DNA of 64,000 nucleotides from Thermoanaerobaculia bacterium (GCA_963664405.1 OY761158.1:2976001-3040000), one strand, 5' to 3'; shown: positions 50,151-60,422, counted from the stretch's first letter. Translations and numbers: made by a program. The notes: a model not told the origin generated them from the sequence alone.

Positions 50151-50173
50151 GGTAATTCTAGCAGTTACCGAGT

Positions 50174-51119
50174 CTACTGCCGCTGCCGGATCAGAACTGC
50201 AACCGCGATCCCCATGAGCAGCAAGATCATCAGAGCCATTCCGGATCCCGACAGAGTCGGTATCTCGTAGAGAGGCTCCACTGTCGGTGTAATCGTCGGT
50301 GTGTTCGTAACCGTCGGGGTGTTCGTTGCCGTCGAGGTGCTCGTCGCTGTCGGCGTGTTCGTCGGCGTGTTCGTCGGCGTGTTCGTCGGTGTTGGCGTTG
50401 TGAGTACCGTTATGGTGAAGTCGCAATTCTCAGTGAGGTTGTACGACGAGCTATTCGTCTCTTCCCATGAGCTGTCCGTGTCCCGAAGGGCGCCGTCCGG
50501 AATCGGGTTGTGTTTGCTTTGTGCAGGTCCAGGCTCGCTCGTATCGCGGTCATAGGTAAACGACACAGGCCCCGAACGGGAGTGTTGCCACGTTGTCGTA
50601 GACCAGCGTGGTCGCAAACTCCGCCAGGGGATTGCCCTCGCTGCACTGACGGACCCGAAACATGTCATAGCAGACTCCGGGCCCGGCGCCATTGTTGCAA
50701 TCGTTGCCTGCCGGGTCGTGCAGCTCCTGTAGGAACTGCGATGTACCATTGACATCATAAGCGTTGATTCCGGCGACGTTCGTCGTCGACAGACTGAAGT
50801 TGAGGTCTGCGAGCGCGGCGCCAAGGGTCGTAGGATCGAGTGGGTTCTGCGTCGAATCGTCGGTGGTGTCGAGAAAGACCGAAAACGCGGGAATCTTTTT
50901 GTAGGTGTCGTCCGGGCCGCCAGAGCCATCCTTACAGTTGTGATCGGCCGTGTCGAAGGTTACAAACAGTCGTTGATTGAAGGCATCATAGGTGAACTCT
51001 GTGTTCAGAGGCTCGCCCACGTCCGCCATGGCAGACGACGCGAACATCAGCACGAGAGCTATCGAGAAGAAAAGAGCGGCTCTCGGCCCATGATGTCTCT
51101 TGGAGTTGTCGTTACTCAT
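50174..51119 (-). CDS. Secreted IPTL-CTERM sorting-signal protein with Thr/Pro linker (frameshift near 50575)
   Basis: Signal peptide ending ASSAMA; Cys-containing domain; (TPTN)n linker; IPTLSGSG + TM + RQRQ C-terminus. Confidence 0.78.
50283..50402 (-). repeat. 12-bp tandem repeats encoding (TPTN)n
   Basis: GTCGGCGTGTTC repeated three times plus degenerate copies. Confidence 0.85.
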
Positions 51120-51403
51120 AGTCTGTTCCGCCTCCGAAGTTTCACGTCGCAAGGTCCGCGTTCCGCTTGTCTTGGTAGTAAGTTCACAATTCCCCGCCCT
51201 TTCGTTACCAGTGTCAAGTGACTAAGCAGCTACAGTCAACAGATTGAGCAGAAACGAATAGTACAGCAGGAAACGCTTCGGAATCAACTAAGATCTTGCC
51301 AAATTCGCAAACAGCCAGCACCGCTTAGTGGGCGCATCCTAATTCTCTATCGTCAAGAAAACGTCAGGAGATCAGCGGTGTGTTCGCCTTACGTCGAGCT
51401 CCG

Positions 51404-52849
51404 TCAAGGACAATCGAACGCCTGCAGGTGTTGCAGCGGCGGCGCCGGATTCAGGTCCGTGTTGCAATAGGTGACGGACTCCCCGGTCTGTGTGTCGACC
51501 ACTGTCGTCTCAAAGCCGACGTTGGTGCCGGCGGTGTAGAACACCCACTTCTTGCCGTTGATGCCGCAGCCATCGAGCACCTTGATCAGCATCTCGGGAT
51601 TGTCGCCCGAGAAGAAGGTCATCAGACCGCCACGCGCCACGCCCACAGAAGCCAGCGCCAGGACCTGGCCGGAGCCGGCGACCCCCCCGGCCTGAGTGGT
51701 CTCGAAGTCGACGTTGATCTGAAATCGCTTGTCGCCGGGTTGATCGTCGATACACAGCGTGGTCATGTCCGGCACACAACTGCTCGGAGCCCCGGCCAAG
51801 GAGCGCTCGAAGTCGTTCTCGAAGTCGAAGGCGGCGGCAACCGCTTCGTACACCGGCCCGTCGCTGCCGTCACAGGGGAACGCCATGAGATCCTGAACCG
51901 GAGGAGCCGCCTCCAAGTCCGGGTTGAGATAGATCGCCGCCCGTCTGGTCTGAGTGTCGATCACGGTGGTTTCGAGGCCGACGTTGGTGCCTGCGGTGTA
52001 AAACACCCACTTATGGCCGTTGATCCCGCAGCCATCGAGCACCTTGATCAGCATTTCCGGATTGTCGGGCGAAAAGAAGGTCATCAGGCCGCCACGAGAG
52101 ATGCCAAGGGCGGTGAGAGGTACGGCCTGTCCGAAGCCTGAAAGACCCCCGGCCTGCGACGTCGAGAACTCGGTCTCGATCTCGAAGCGACCGTCGTCGG
52201 GCTCATCGTCGATGCAGAGGGTGTTGCCGCCCGCTTCACAGGGCTCCGGCGGGGCCAACTCCAGGAATTTGGCGCGGATGCCCAGGGCCCTGTATCTGGA
52301 GTCGATGCCATTGGGGCCGAGCTTCCGGTGCGGGCTCGGATCCTGGAGCGACGAGATATAGGCCGGCTCTCCTCCAGGGCCGTTGGTGTCCATGCACCAA
52401 CCTACTGAGAACTCGGACGGATCCCACTCCACACCCACGAAAACCCGCTCGTTGGTATCAATCGCGAGTACGGACACGTCGTAGGAAAAAAAGCCCGTTT
52501 GGGGAAGCTGGGGAACCGCGACCGCCTCGAGCATGGGGAGAGAGTCGATCAACGCCCCGGGCGAGCCGTCGGGAGCTTCGCTGTAGACCTTGATTGCGAA
52601 TTGGAGACCGGGGTCCTGGCCGCCTTCCGGCCGCGTCCAGCAGACACACACTTCCTGGAGTCGCTGCAGCCCAGGAGGCGGAGAAACGCGCATCGTGGTC
52701 TCCCAGCTGGACACGCTCGCCGACGGTAGAAAGGCCAGCTCGAAGGTACCATCGTCTCTTACGATGCCATCAGCACAGTCGCTCTGCCCGGCTAGGGCCA
52801 CGGCCGGGAGGAGGAGCCCGATCGCCAAGATGGCCATTCGTTCGTTCAT
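51404..52849 (-). CDS. Secreted protein with two tandem Cys-containing C-terminal repeat domains
   Basis: Signal peptide; two copies of TLCIDD…RF…GLMTFFSxDNPEMLIKVLDGCGINGxKWVFYTAGTNVGxETTVxDTQT…APPxQxLxAF. Confidence 0.82.
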   Translation of the reverse strand: MNERMAILAIGLLLPAVALAGQSDCADGIVRDDGTFELAFLPSASVSSWETTMRVSPPPGLQRLQEVCVCWTRPEGGQDPGLQFAIKVYSEAPDGSPGALIDSLPMLEAVAVPQLPQTGFFSYDVSVLAIDTNERVFVGVEWDPSEFSVGWCMDTNGPGGEPAYISSLQDPSPHRKLGPNGIDSRYRALGIRAKFLELAPPEPCEAGGNTLCIDDEPDDGRFEIETEFSTSQAGGLSGFGQAVPLTALGISRGGLMTFFSPDNPEMLIKVLDGCGINGHKWVFYTAGTNVGLETTVIDTQTRRAAIYLNPDLEAAPPVQDLMAFPCDGSDGPVYEAVAAAFDFENDFERSLAGAPSSCVPDMTTLCIDDQPGDKRFQINVDFETTQAGGVAGSGQVLALASVGVARGGLMTFFSGDNPEMLIKVLDGCGINGKKWVFYTAGTNVGFETTVVDTQTGESVTYCNTDLNPAPPLQHLQAFDCP

Positions 52850-52913
52850 GAAGGTATGGTACCGCGCCATCGTCCGCGATAGAAAACTCTGGCTCAGGAG
52901 CGTTGCGTGCTCC

Positions 52914-55655
52914 TCATCGGCGGCCTTCTCTGGGCGTGGTCGGACGCTCTGCCTGGCGACCATAGCGCTCACGCATCTCCAGGAGCTCCTGCGACTCGGG
53001 ATCCTCTCGCAGTGCGTGCTCGACAGTCGCCAGGGCATGCTGCCACCTCTCCTCTTGAGCGTAGGCCTCGGCGAGTCGAACGATCTCGCTGCTCGGGCCG
53101 AGGGCGTCGAAGGGCGGCTCTGCAGCCCGGAGCAGCATCTCGGCGTTGTCCCAAAGCGTGTTGTCGAAGAGATGGAGTGGTGCCGAATACTCGATGCGCA
53201 TGTTGTCGTCGGTATTCAGAGCGACGCCGTCTGCTAGTTTCTGGATCGCTGGCCGCGCGAACAGGTAGTGAGCCAGCAGCGTCTCCGGCAGAGGCATGTC
53301 CACCCGTGCCAGGTTCGCGCGCACGTCGAGGTCCTGGAACAGCGCCTGGCGTAGGCTCTCGACGCTCAAGGGAAGCGGAGACCGACTTCCAACCAGAACG
53401 AGGTCGAAGATGTCGACTCGAAATACCCGCACATGCTCGAAGACGTCGGCGAAGGTGGCAAGTAGAGAACGCAGGTCCTCTGGCGCCATTTCGTAGGCGT
53501 GCAGCCACTGCGCCCAGACTCCCTCGGCATCGAGCTTGCGCTCTCCCAACGCGAAGAACTCCCGGGTGAAGAGGTTCGCAACGCCGGTCAACCAGGGATT
53601 CGAGGGCTCCGAGGTCACCAGATCGTAGGCCCCGTCGGGCACCAGAAGTAGATGATTGCGGGCATCGTTGACGACCAGCTGTACGCGAGGGTCGGCGAGT
53701 GGTTGATGGTTGAAGGCGTCGAACTCGTGGCTCGCAGCCACAACCTCGGGCTCGATCTCGATGAGGTCGATGCGCCGTGGCGAGTCGTGGAGGGTTACTC
53801 CGCCGGCGGTGATGCCACTCGCGAGACCGATGACCGCCACCCGCTCGGCGCTCGGCCGGAAGGCGAATGGGAGGTGCGCCAGCAGGGTCTGGACCTTCAT
53901 GTCGTCCCCGGTCGACGCGTCGTTTTTGCCGTTGTTGGAGAGCCAGAGATGCGAGGGGTCGCGCTTGCTCCTACTCACGGTCACGACCGAGCTGAGGCCC
54001 TCTTCGTAGAAGACCAGATCGTAGGACCCTACGGTGTAGTCGAGCACTCCCTGCCTGCTGCGATCGCGAAGGTCGAAGGCCTTGGTGTAGAGGCCGGTGG
54101 TCATGAGCAGCGGGTCCCAGGGAGGTTTGAACAGAAAGAGCAACACTCCAACCGCGGCCAGAGCGAGGCCGTAGGCCCTGGCACGAGCGCGGCGCTCGGC
54201 AGCTAGGGTAGCCGCCACAGCTGCGATGGCGGCGACGAGGAGGTTGACCGCCGCCGCCAACAGCACAGATCCTCTAACGTGCAGAGCGGGCAGTAGAAGC
54301 AAGGTCCCTCCCAGCGCTCCCACGATGGCCCCGAGCGTATTGAAGCCATAGATCAATCCAACCGGAGTGCCAGCTTCGTGATACCGCCCGCCCGCCACGC
54401 GCACGAGGTAGGGGAAGCTCGCTCCCATGAAGAGGGCCGGTGGAGTCATGACGAGGAGGGCGAGGAGCAGCTGCCCGCCCAGGAGGTGGTAGCTCGAGCC
54501 CTCGAGGCGGTCGTAGAGCCACACCCACATGAACGGGAGCTGGGCGTAGCCGAACATGGCTGCCCAGGCAAGCACAGCGATCATCACCTGTATCTTGCCT
54601 AAACCTCGGAGGAGACCGGCCTGGCCGCCGCGCAGAAGACTTCGGTCCGCCATCGGTCCGGCGGCCCAGCCGCCGAGGCCGATGCCCAAGAGAAAGGCCA
54701 ACAGCATGATCGAGAAGGCATAGGCGCTTCCGCCGAGAAGCAGGGTCATCAGCCGAAACCAACTCACCTCGTAGAGCAAGCTGCTCGCGCCGGTGAGGGC
54801 AGCAAGCGCGAGGAGCGGAGTCAAGCCGAGATCTTGCTGTTGCGCTTCGTTGTTAGGAGGAGTGCTTGCGGGCGCGTTCGGAGCGGAGTATTTGCTTTCT
54901 CCGCCTTCCCGAAGAGCGACCGAGATTGCGATCGCGGCCACTGCGATCAGCCCATTGGCGGCCACTGTCGCACCCGTCGTGGCCGCTGTCCCGAACCTGG
55001 GTAGGAGCACGAAGCCAGCCGCCGCCGTACCTAGCACAGCTCCAAGCGTATTGGCCCCGTAGAGCCGTCCGACGGTGGCGCCGAGGCGTAGATTGCCTCG
55101 GGTGGAGAAACGGACCAAGAGCGGAAGCGTCGCTCCCATACAGAACGTCGGCAAGAGCAGCAGAGCGCTGACAACGCCGGCCTGGAGGGCCCCCAGAGTC
55201 ACCGGGCCGGGGTCGAAATTACGGAAGAAACGTAGGTAAAAGGGAGCCGTGGCTGTGAGCATGGAAGGGAGAACCAGGGCGTAGAGACCGATGAAGGCCT
55301 CGAGGATGCCGTAGGCGAGGAGCGGTCGTGTGACCCGCTGCGCCCAGCGCGCTGCCGCGAGCCCTCCCAGGGCGAGACCGGCCATGAAGGCGGCCAAGAC
55401 GGTGCTGATCGCCAACTGGCTGGTGCCGAAAACCAGCTGAAGATGCCTGGCCCACACGATCTCGTAGACTAGAGAAGTGGCGCCGCTCACCAGAAAGAGC
55501 GCAATCACGCCGACGGTGAGGCGGGTGGGGTCGAGGAGGGCAGCCGGCAGCGAGGGCTCCGGCCGAGCCTCGGGCGCTGCTGCCGGTCGCGGAGTCGGGC
55601 TCGGGATCGCATCCTTGCCTCGTCCGGGCTTCCGCTTCGTTGTGCGTTTACTCAT
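52914..55655 (-). CDS. Fused MFS-like membrane / spermidine synthase-like protein
   Basis: SGATSLVYEIVW, MGATLP, LYGANTLGA (duplicated module), IGLASGIT, EIEP, NDARN, SEPSNPW, LFTREFF, NTDDN. Confidence 0.9.
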   Translation of the reverse strand: MSKRTTKRKPGRGKDAIPSPTPRPAAAPEARPEPSLPAALLDPTRLTVGVIALFLVSGATSLVYEIVWARHLQLVFGTSQLAISTVLAAFMAGLALGGLAAARWAQRVTRPLLAYGILEAFIGLYALVLPSMLTATAPFYLRFFRNFDPGPVTLGALQAGVVSALLLLPTFCMGATLPLLVRFSTRGNLRLGATVGRLYGANTLGAVLGTAAAGFVLLPRFGTAATTGATVAANGLIAVAAIAISVALREGGESKYSAPNAPASTPPNNEAQQQDLGLTPLLALAALTGASSLLYEVSWFRLMTLLLGGSAYAFSIMLLAFLLGIGLGGWAAGPMADRSLLRGGQAGLLRGLGKIQVMIAVLAWAAMFGYAQLPFMWVWLYDRLEGSSYHLLGGQLLLALLVMTPPALFMGASFPYLVRVAGGRYHEAGTPVGLIYGFNTLGAIVGALGGTLLLLPALHVRGSVLLAAAVNLLVAAIAAVAATLAAERRARARAYGLALAAVGVLLFLFKPPWDPLLMTTGLYTKAFDLRDRSRQGVLDYTVGSYDLVFYEEGLSSVVTVSRSKRDPSHLWLSNNGKNDASTGDDMKVQTLLAHLPFAFRPSAERVAVIGLASGITAGGVTLHDSPRRIDLIEIEPEVVAASHEFDAFNHQPLADPRVQLVVNDARNHLLLVPDGAYDLVTSEPSNPWLTGVANLFTREFFALGERKLDAEGVWAQWLHAYEMAPEDLRSLLATFADVFEHVRVFRVDIFDLVLVGSRSPLPLSVESLRQALFQDLDVRANLARVDMPLPETLLAHYLFARPAIQKLADGVALNTDDNMRIEYSAPLHLFDNTLWDNAEMLLRAAEPPFDALGPSSEIVRLAEAYAQEERWQHALATVEHALREDPESQELLEMRERYGRQAERPTTPREGRR

Positions 55656-55810
55656 TGCATCGACGAGTGGGTCTGTAAGGCGCTCTCTCGGAGCGCACCT
55701 TGAAGGGCTCGAGAGCCGAAGAGCTCAAGACCGGGGCAGTGTGCCACAACCCGCGGCGGCTGCGCGTGCTGCACAATCGTGCCTCGACAGATAGGATCTC
55801 GAAAGGAAGG

Positions 55811-57203
55811 ATGACTCTGATGAAGCGCATAATGTTCTTGGCCCTTCTCGCCTTGCTCTTTGCCGGATCGGGCATCGCCCTGGCAGCGGCCAACGACCTC
55901 TCCGCGGAGAAGGTGACCTTCCATCGTGACGTACTCCCGGTCCTGCAGCAGAACTGCCAGGTTTGTCATCGCCCCAACGGCGCCAATCTGGGCGGGATGG
56001 TGGCTCCAATGGCCTTCACCTCCTACTCCGACACGCGGCCCTGGGCCAAGTCGATCGCCCGTCAAGCCGAAGCCCGTACGATGCCGCCCTGGCACGCCTC
56101 TCCCGAGCACGCCGGCATTTTCGCCAATGAGAGAACGCTGACAGAGGGCGAGATCGACACCCTCGTTGGTTGGGCGAAGAACGGGGCTCCGGAAGGTGAC
56201 ATCGCCGATGCACCGCCGCCGAGGGAGTTCCCCTCGGCTGACGGCTGGGTGATCGGGGAGCCCGACCTGGTGATAGCGATGGGCGATAGCTACTTCATAG
56301 AAGACGACGTAGAGGATCAGTACATCACCTTCGTCTCCGAGATCACCGCAGAGATGATGCCAGAGCCGCGCTGGCTCAAGGGAGTCGAGTTCCGCCCCGG
56401 CAGCTCGGTGGTTCACCACATCATTGCGCTACCGCTCGGCGGCATCGCTCCCGGCAACGATCCGACGCTCTATAACGAGGGCTACGGAACGCTATTGAAG
56501 CCAGGCACCAAGGTGAGCTGGCAGATGCATTACCACAAAGAGCCGGGGCCGGGGACAGGGGTCTCCGATCTGTCGACCGCGGCGCTCAAGCTCTACCCGG
56601 TCGGTTACAAGCCCGACTTCGTGGTGCAGAACGAGCCGCTCGGCAAGATGGACTTCGGCATCCCTCCGGGAGACCCGAGCTACACCGCCAAGACGAGCGC
56701 CACCTTCAAGCGAGACAGCCATCTCCTCGGCTATACACCCCACGCCCACCTTCGTGGGAAGTCGGCGATCTATACCGCCTACTACCCCGACGGCACCGAG
56801 GAGGTACTACTCCATGTGCCGAAATATGATTTCAATTGGCAGACCCACTACGAATACCCCGGCAACGGGAAGGCGATCCCGGCGGGTACTCGGATCGAGC
56901 TCGAGATGAGCTGGGACAACTCGGAGCAGAACCCCTACAACCCGGACCCCACCGCTGAGGTGGTCTTCGGCCAACCGACCACGGCCGAGATGATGTTCGG
57001 CTTCGTCTCTTTCGCCGACGCTTGAGCCGGGCTACGACCCGCCGCGGAGCGGCTTGCTCGGCGGTAGCGGGCGCGAAGAGCAGATCCGCGGCTTCATCAA
57101 GCAGCGCTTCGGCGTCGAGCCCGAAGATCTCACTCCCGAGCAACGCCAGGAGCTCATGCAGGAGCTCCGCAGTCGGCAGCGGGGTGCGTCGTGCGGCGGC
57201 TAG
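55811..57203 (+). CDS. Secreted cytochrome c / copper type II monooxygenase-like protein (probable frameshift near 57022)
   Basis: CQVCH…MPPW; VVHHII, QMHY, PHAHLRGK, YDFNWQ, EMM. The ORF stops at 57025, but a coding-like tail (EPGYDPP…RQELMQEL) continues in the shifted frame to TAG at 57203. Confidence 0.75.
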
Positions 57204-57324
57204 AAGACGCGCAAGAGCGGAAGGTCTCCTGAGGCCAGAGACGGGCCCGGCGGCGTACAATCTCAGGACCTGGCGCCACTGTCGGTGCCAAGTCCCTCCT
57301 CGATCGGCCCGCGAAGGAGAACGG

Positions 57325-59198
57325 ATGTCGATGTCGCGCTCAGCCCTGTCGGTTCTGGTCTTGCTCGTTTTGTCACTGTGCCCGGCCGGCATCGCCTTTG
57401 GCCAAGTCGCCGGATCGGTATCAGGAGTGGTGAGGGACGCGGAAGGTAACACCTTATCTGGCGTTTCGGTGGTCGTCAGCGGAGCGGCTCTTCAGCGCGA
57501 GAGCCTGAAAGTCGTCACCGATGCCGAGGGGGCCTACCGAGTCGCGCCGCTACCTCCGGGTGTCTACGCTCTGCGCTTCGAGCTCGACAGCTTCGCGCCC
57601 CAGGGCTTCGACGCGGTACGGGTCGGTGTCAATGCCCGCGTCACTCTCGACTGGACTCTGTTGCCGGAGGCGGTGGCCGAGACCGTCGAGGTGCGGGGTG
57701 CTCTGCCTTTGATGGAGATTCAACGCAGCGAGCTCGCGACCCGCATCGAAGAGGAATCGATCGACAACCTGCCCTTGCAGAGCAGGAACGCCGAGGACCT
57801 CGTGATCCTGGTGCCTGGGGTCACGCCTCGCCCGGCCGAGGTTCGCGACCAGCAGTTCTCCATCTTCGGAGAGCGGCCGTCGGCGACCAGCTTCCGCTAC
57901 GACGGGGTCGACAATAACGACCCCCTCGACGGAGGGTCTTTTCAGCGCTACGCCCAGGATGCGATTCAGGAGTTCGAGGTGATCACCACCGGCTACCAGG
58001 CCGAGTTCGGCCGTGCCCAGGCCGGCGTGGTCAACGTGCTGACCCGCTCCGGCACCAATGCGACCCAGGGGCGTGCTTTTTTCTTCAAGCGCAACGACTC
58101 CTGGGACTCCTCCAATGTTGCGGGTCAGGAAGCGCCCGACCTGTCCCGGGAGCAGTGGGGGCTGTCGTTGGGAGGCAAGGTGAGGCGTGATCGGTCGTTC
58201 TTCTTTGTCGCCGGGGAGTTCCTCGACGAGCAGCGGGGTCGCAACATCGACTTCAGCGCCGTGCCGCAGTGGGTGCAAGACGGCATTTCGACGGTAGGGG
58301 GTGAGGAGAACTTCGCTGCCGGCCCCCAGATCGACGACCAGACGCTGCTCGGCAAGATCGACCTTCTTCCCAGCGACGAGCAGCGCTGGACCCTGAGCCT
58401 CAACAGCACCACGGACGATGCCGACGGCGACATTCCCAGCGGCATCGCCGGTGCGCTAGTGCTACCCAGCGCCGCCCGTTTGCAGGAGCAGGACTCACTG
58501 GGGCTGACTCTCAATCAGAGCACCGTCCTCAGCCAACGGGGTGTGCTCGATTCCAACTTTCGTCTTCTCGATGGACAGACCGGCACCAATCTGGACAAGA
58601 CCGAGCGTGCCGAGGCCGTTCTTCTTCTCTTTCGCAGTGGCTTCATTCAGACCGGAGCGCAGCTCCCGGGGGGTCGGGCCGAGCGCAACATCGACCGCTT
58701 CTCCCTCGGCCAATCCTACTCTCACCTCGCCGGCCGCCACGAGCTGAAGTTCGGTTATGAGTACCTCGACACCTCTCTCGACGGCTTCGAAGAAGTGTCG
58801 AACGATGTCGAGTATTCTGCCTACTTTCTCTTTCCCAATGCCATCGACCTCAACGAGGAGCTGTTCCAGCGATTCGGTTTCGAGCACGCGGCCGCACGCT
58901 TCTTCTTTCTTTCGGCCAACCCCGACGGCTCTCTCGATCTCGACATCAACAATGAAGACGTTGCCCTCTACGGCCAGGACAAATTGCAGATCGGGGACAA
59001 CGTCATCGTCGACGTCGGCCTGCGATACGACCAGGCTAGTCTCTTTGATGGTGATGACGATAATTTCGCACCCCGCTTCGGTCTCACCTGGGACGTCGGC
59101 GGCAAACACCGCACTGTGGTCAAGGCCAGCGCCGGAGTGTTCTACGATCAAAACGCCCTCATCGCCTCCACCGGCGTGCCCGAGAAGGGCGGCTTTTT
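57325..59198 (+). pseudogene. TonB-dependent receptor (Oar-like, carboxypeptidase-regulatory N-domain), 3'-truncated
   Basis: Signal peptide, GSVSGVVRD, IDNLPLQSRN, DGVDNND, IQEFEVIT…AEFGR…GVVN…RSGTN, LYGQD, GLRYD, NFAPRFG. Barrel incomplete. Confidence 0.85.
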
Positions 59199-59687
59199 CG
59201 GCGACACTCTCTTTGCCAGCATGTACGCGGCCTACGAAGCACTCTCGGACAAGATGAGGTCGTTCCTGTCGGGCCTCACCGCCATCCACGAATCGACCCA
59301 TCTGTACCGAGGCTCCTACTACGAGAAGGCGGGCGGAGGGGCGCAACGAGCAGCCCAGGAACGAGCATCCGGTCGTGCGCACCCACCCCGAGACCGGCCG
59401 TCAGGCCCTCTACGTCAACGCCGGCTTCACCACCAAGATCGTCGGCATGAGCCGCGAAGAGAGCCGAGCTCTTCTCGACTTCCTCTTCCACCACATCGAG
59501 CGCCCCGATTTTCAGGTCCGCTTCCAATGGCAGCCGAGCTCGATGGTCTTTTGGGACAATCGCTGCGTTCAGCATCTCGCGGTGTGGGATTACTGGCCGC
59601 AGATCCGCACACGGCGTTCGAGTGACCGTGGCCGGGGATCCGCCCTTCTATCGGGCCGAGGGCGTGCAAGAGCGGAAGGCCTCCTAG
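59199..59687 (+). pseudogene. TauD/TfdA dioxygenase, C-terminal fragment (frameshifted)
   Basis: [38 protein letters not shown]…[10 protein letters not shown]…DY, RVTVAGD. Confidence 0.85.
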
Positions 59688-59699
59688 CCCCTTCCGGCC

Positions 59700-59912
59700 C
59701 TATGCCAGGGCCAGGCGTCTGCCCTTGGGCTCGGGGACAGGATCGCCAAACTCCTGTGCCGTCTCGACCCAGAGCTCAATGGCATCTTGCGCGCTGGCCA
59801 ATGCACATTCGTGAGTGTCGCCGTGCGCCGAGCAACCGGGCAGCTCGGGAACCTCGGCTACAAAGATCTTGTCTTCGTCGCTCCAGTAGATGATGACTTC
59901 GTACTTATTCAT
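59700..59912 (-). CDS. hicB: HicB family antitoxin (short, no DNA-binding domain)
   Basis: [11 protein letters not shown]…[13 protein letters not shown]…AIELW…PVPEPKG. Confidence 0.92.
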   Translation of the reverse strand: MNKYEVIIYWSDEDKIFVAEVPELPGCSAHGDTHECALASAQDAIELWVETAQEFGDPVPEPKGRRLALA

Positions 59913-60165
59913 CGAAGGGATCTCCCAAACGGTAGCGGAGAATTATCCATCGAACTTGTTTGACTTGGTACGGCTTGGCCTTTGCGCTGTCCTTCTGCAG
60001 GTTGATACGTTCTTCGACATCATGGCGGCGAAAGATGTGGTGACTGCCCTTGGTCCGTTCATCGAATCCCAGGTGGCGAAGAAGGTTACAGAGGTCACCG
60101 AACGCGATGTTGGCGTCTGAGTGCCCCTCGAGGATGCGCCGAATCATCTTCTCATGCCTCGCCAC
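59905..60165 (-). CDS. hicA: HicA family toxin
   Basis: DANIAFGDLCNLLRHLGF…KGSHHIF…INLQ…AKPYQVKQV; overlaps hicB. Confidence 0.92.
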   Translation of the reverse strand: MARHEKMIRRILEGHSDANIAFGDLCNLLRHLGFDERTKGSHHIFRRHDVEERINLQKDSAKAKPYQVKQVRWIILRYRLGDPFDE

Positions 60166-60190
60166 AGTACAATCTTAGCGCTTGTCGCCA

Positions 60191-60422
60191 CTACAGGTGC
60201 CGCTGCCTCACGGGGTCTACTCCTTGCGCTTCGAGCTCGAAAGCTTCGCGCCCCAAGGCTTCGACGCGGTACGGGTAGGTGTTAACGCGCGCGTCACTCT
60301 CGACTGGACTCTGTTTGCCCGAAGCGATGTCGGAGACATTGGAGGTGCGTGGCGCTCTGCCCTTGATGGAAATCCATCGCAGCAGACTCGCGACCCGCAT
60401 CGAAGAGGAATCGATCGACAAC
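60191..60422 (+). repeat. Degenerate partial copy of the TonB-receptor gene segment at about 57535-57768
   Basis: Shared runs such as GGCTTCGACGCGGTACGGGT, CGCGTCACTCTCGACTGGACTCTG and CTCGCGACCCGCATCGAAGAGGAATCGATCGACAAC. Confidence 0.88.

Noticed and set aside
51150-51400. AT-richer region with minus-strand TTGACA (51212-51217) and a TGGCA motif
   Set aside because: It is probably regulatory, but there is no properly spaced -10 or sigma54 -12 element, so no promoter was called.
57022-59625. 867-aa ORF as a novel TonB-TauD fusion protein
   Set aside because: Both domains are incomplete, their compartments are incompatible and the tail is frameshifted. Treated as a deletion or misjoin.
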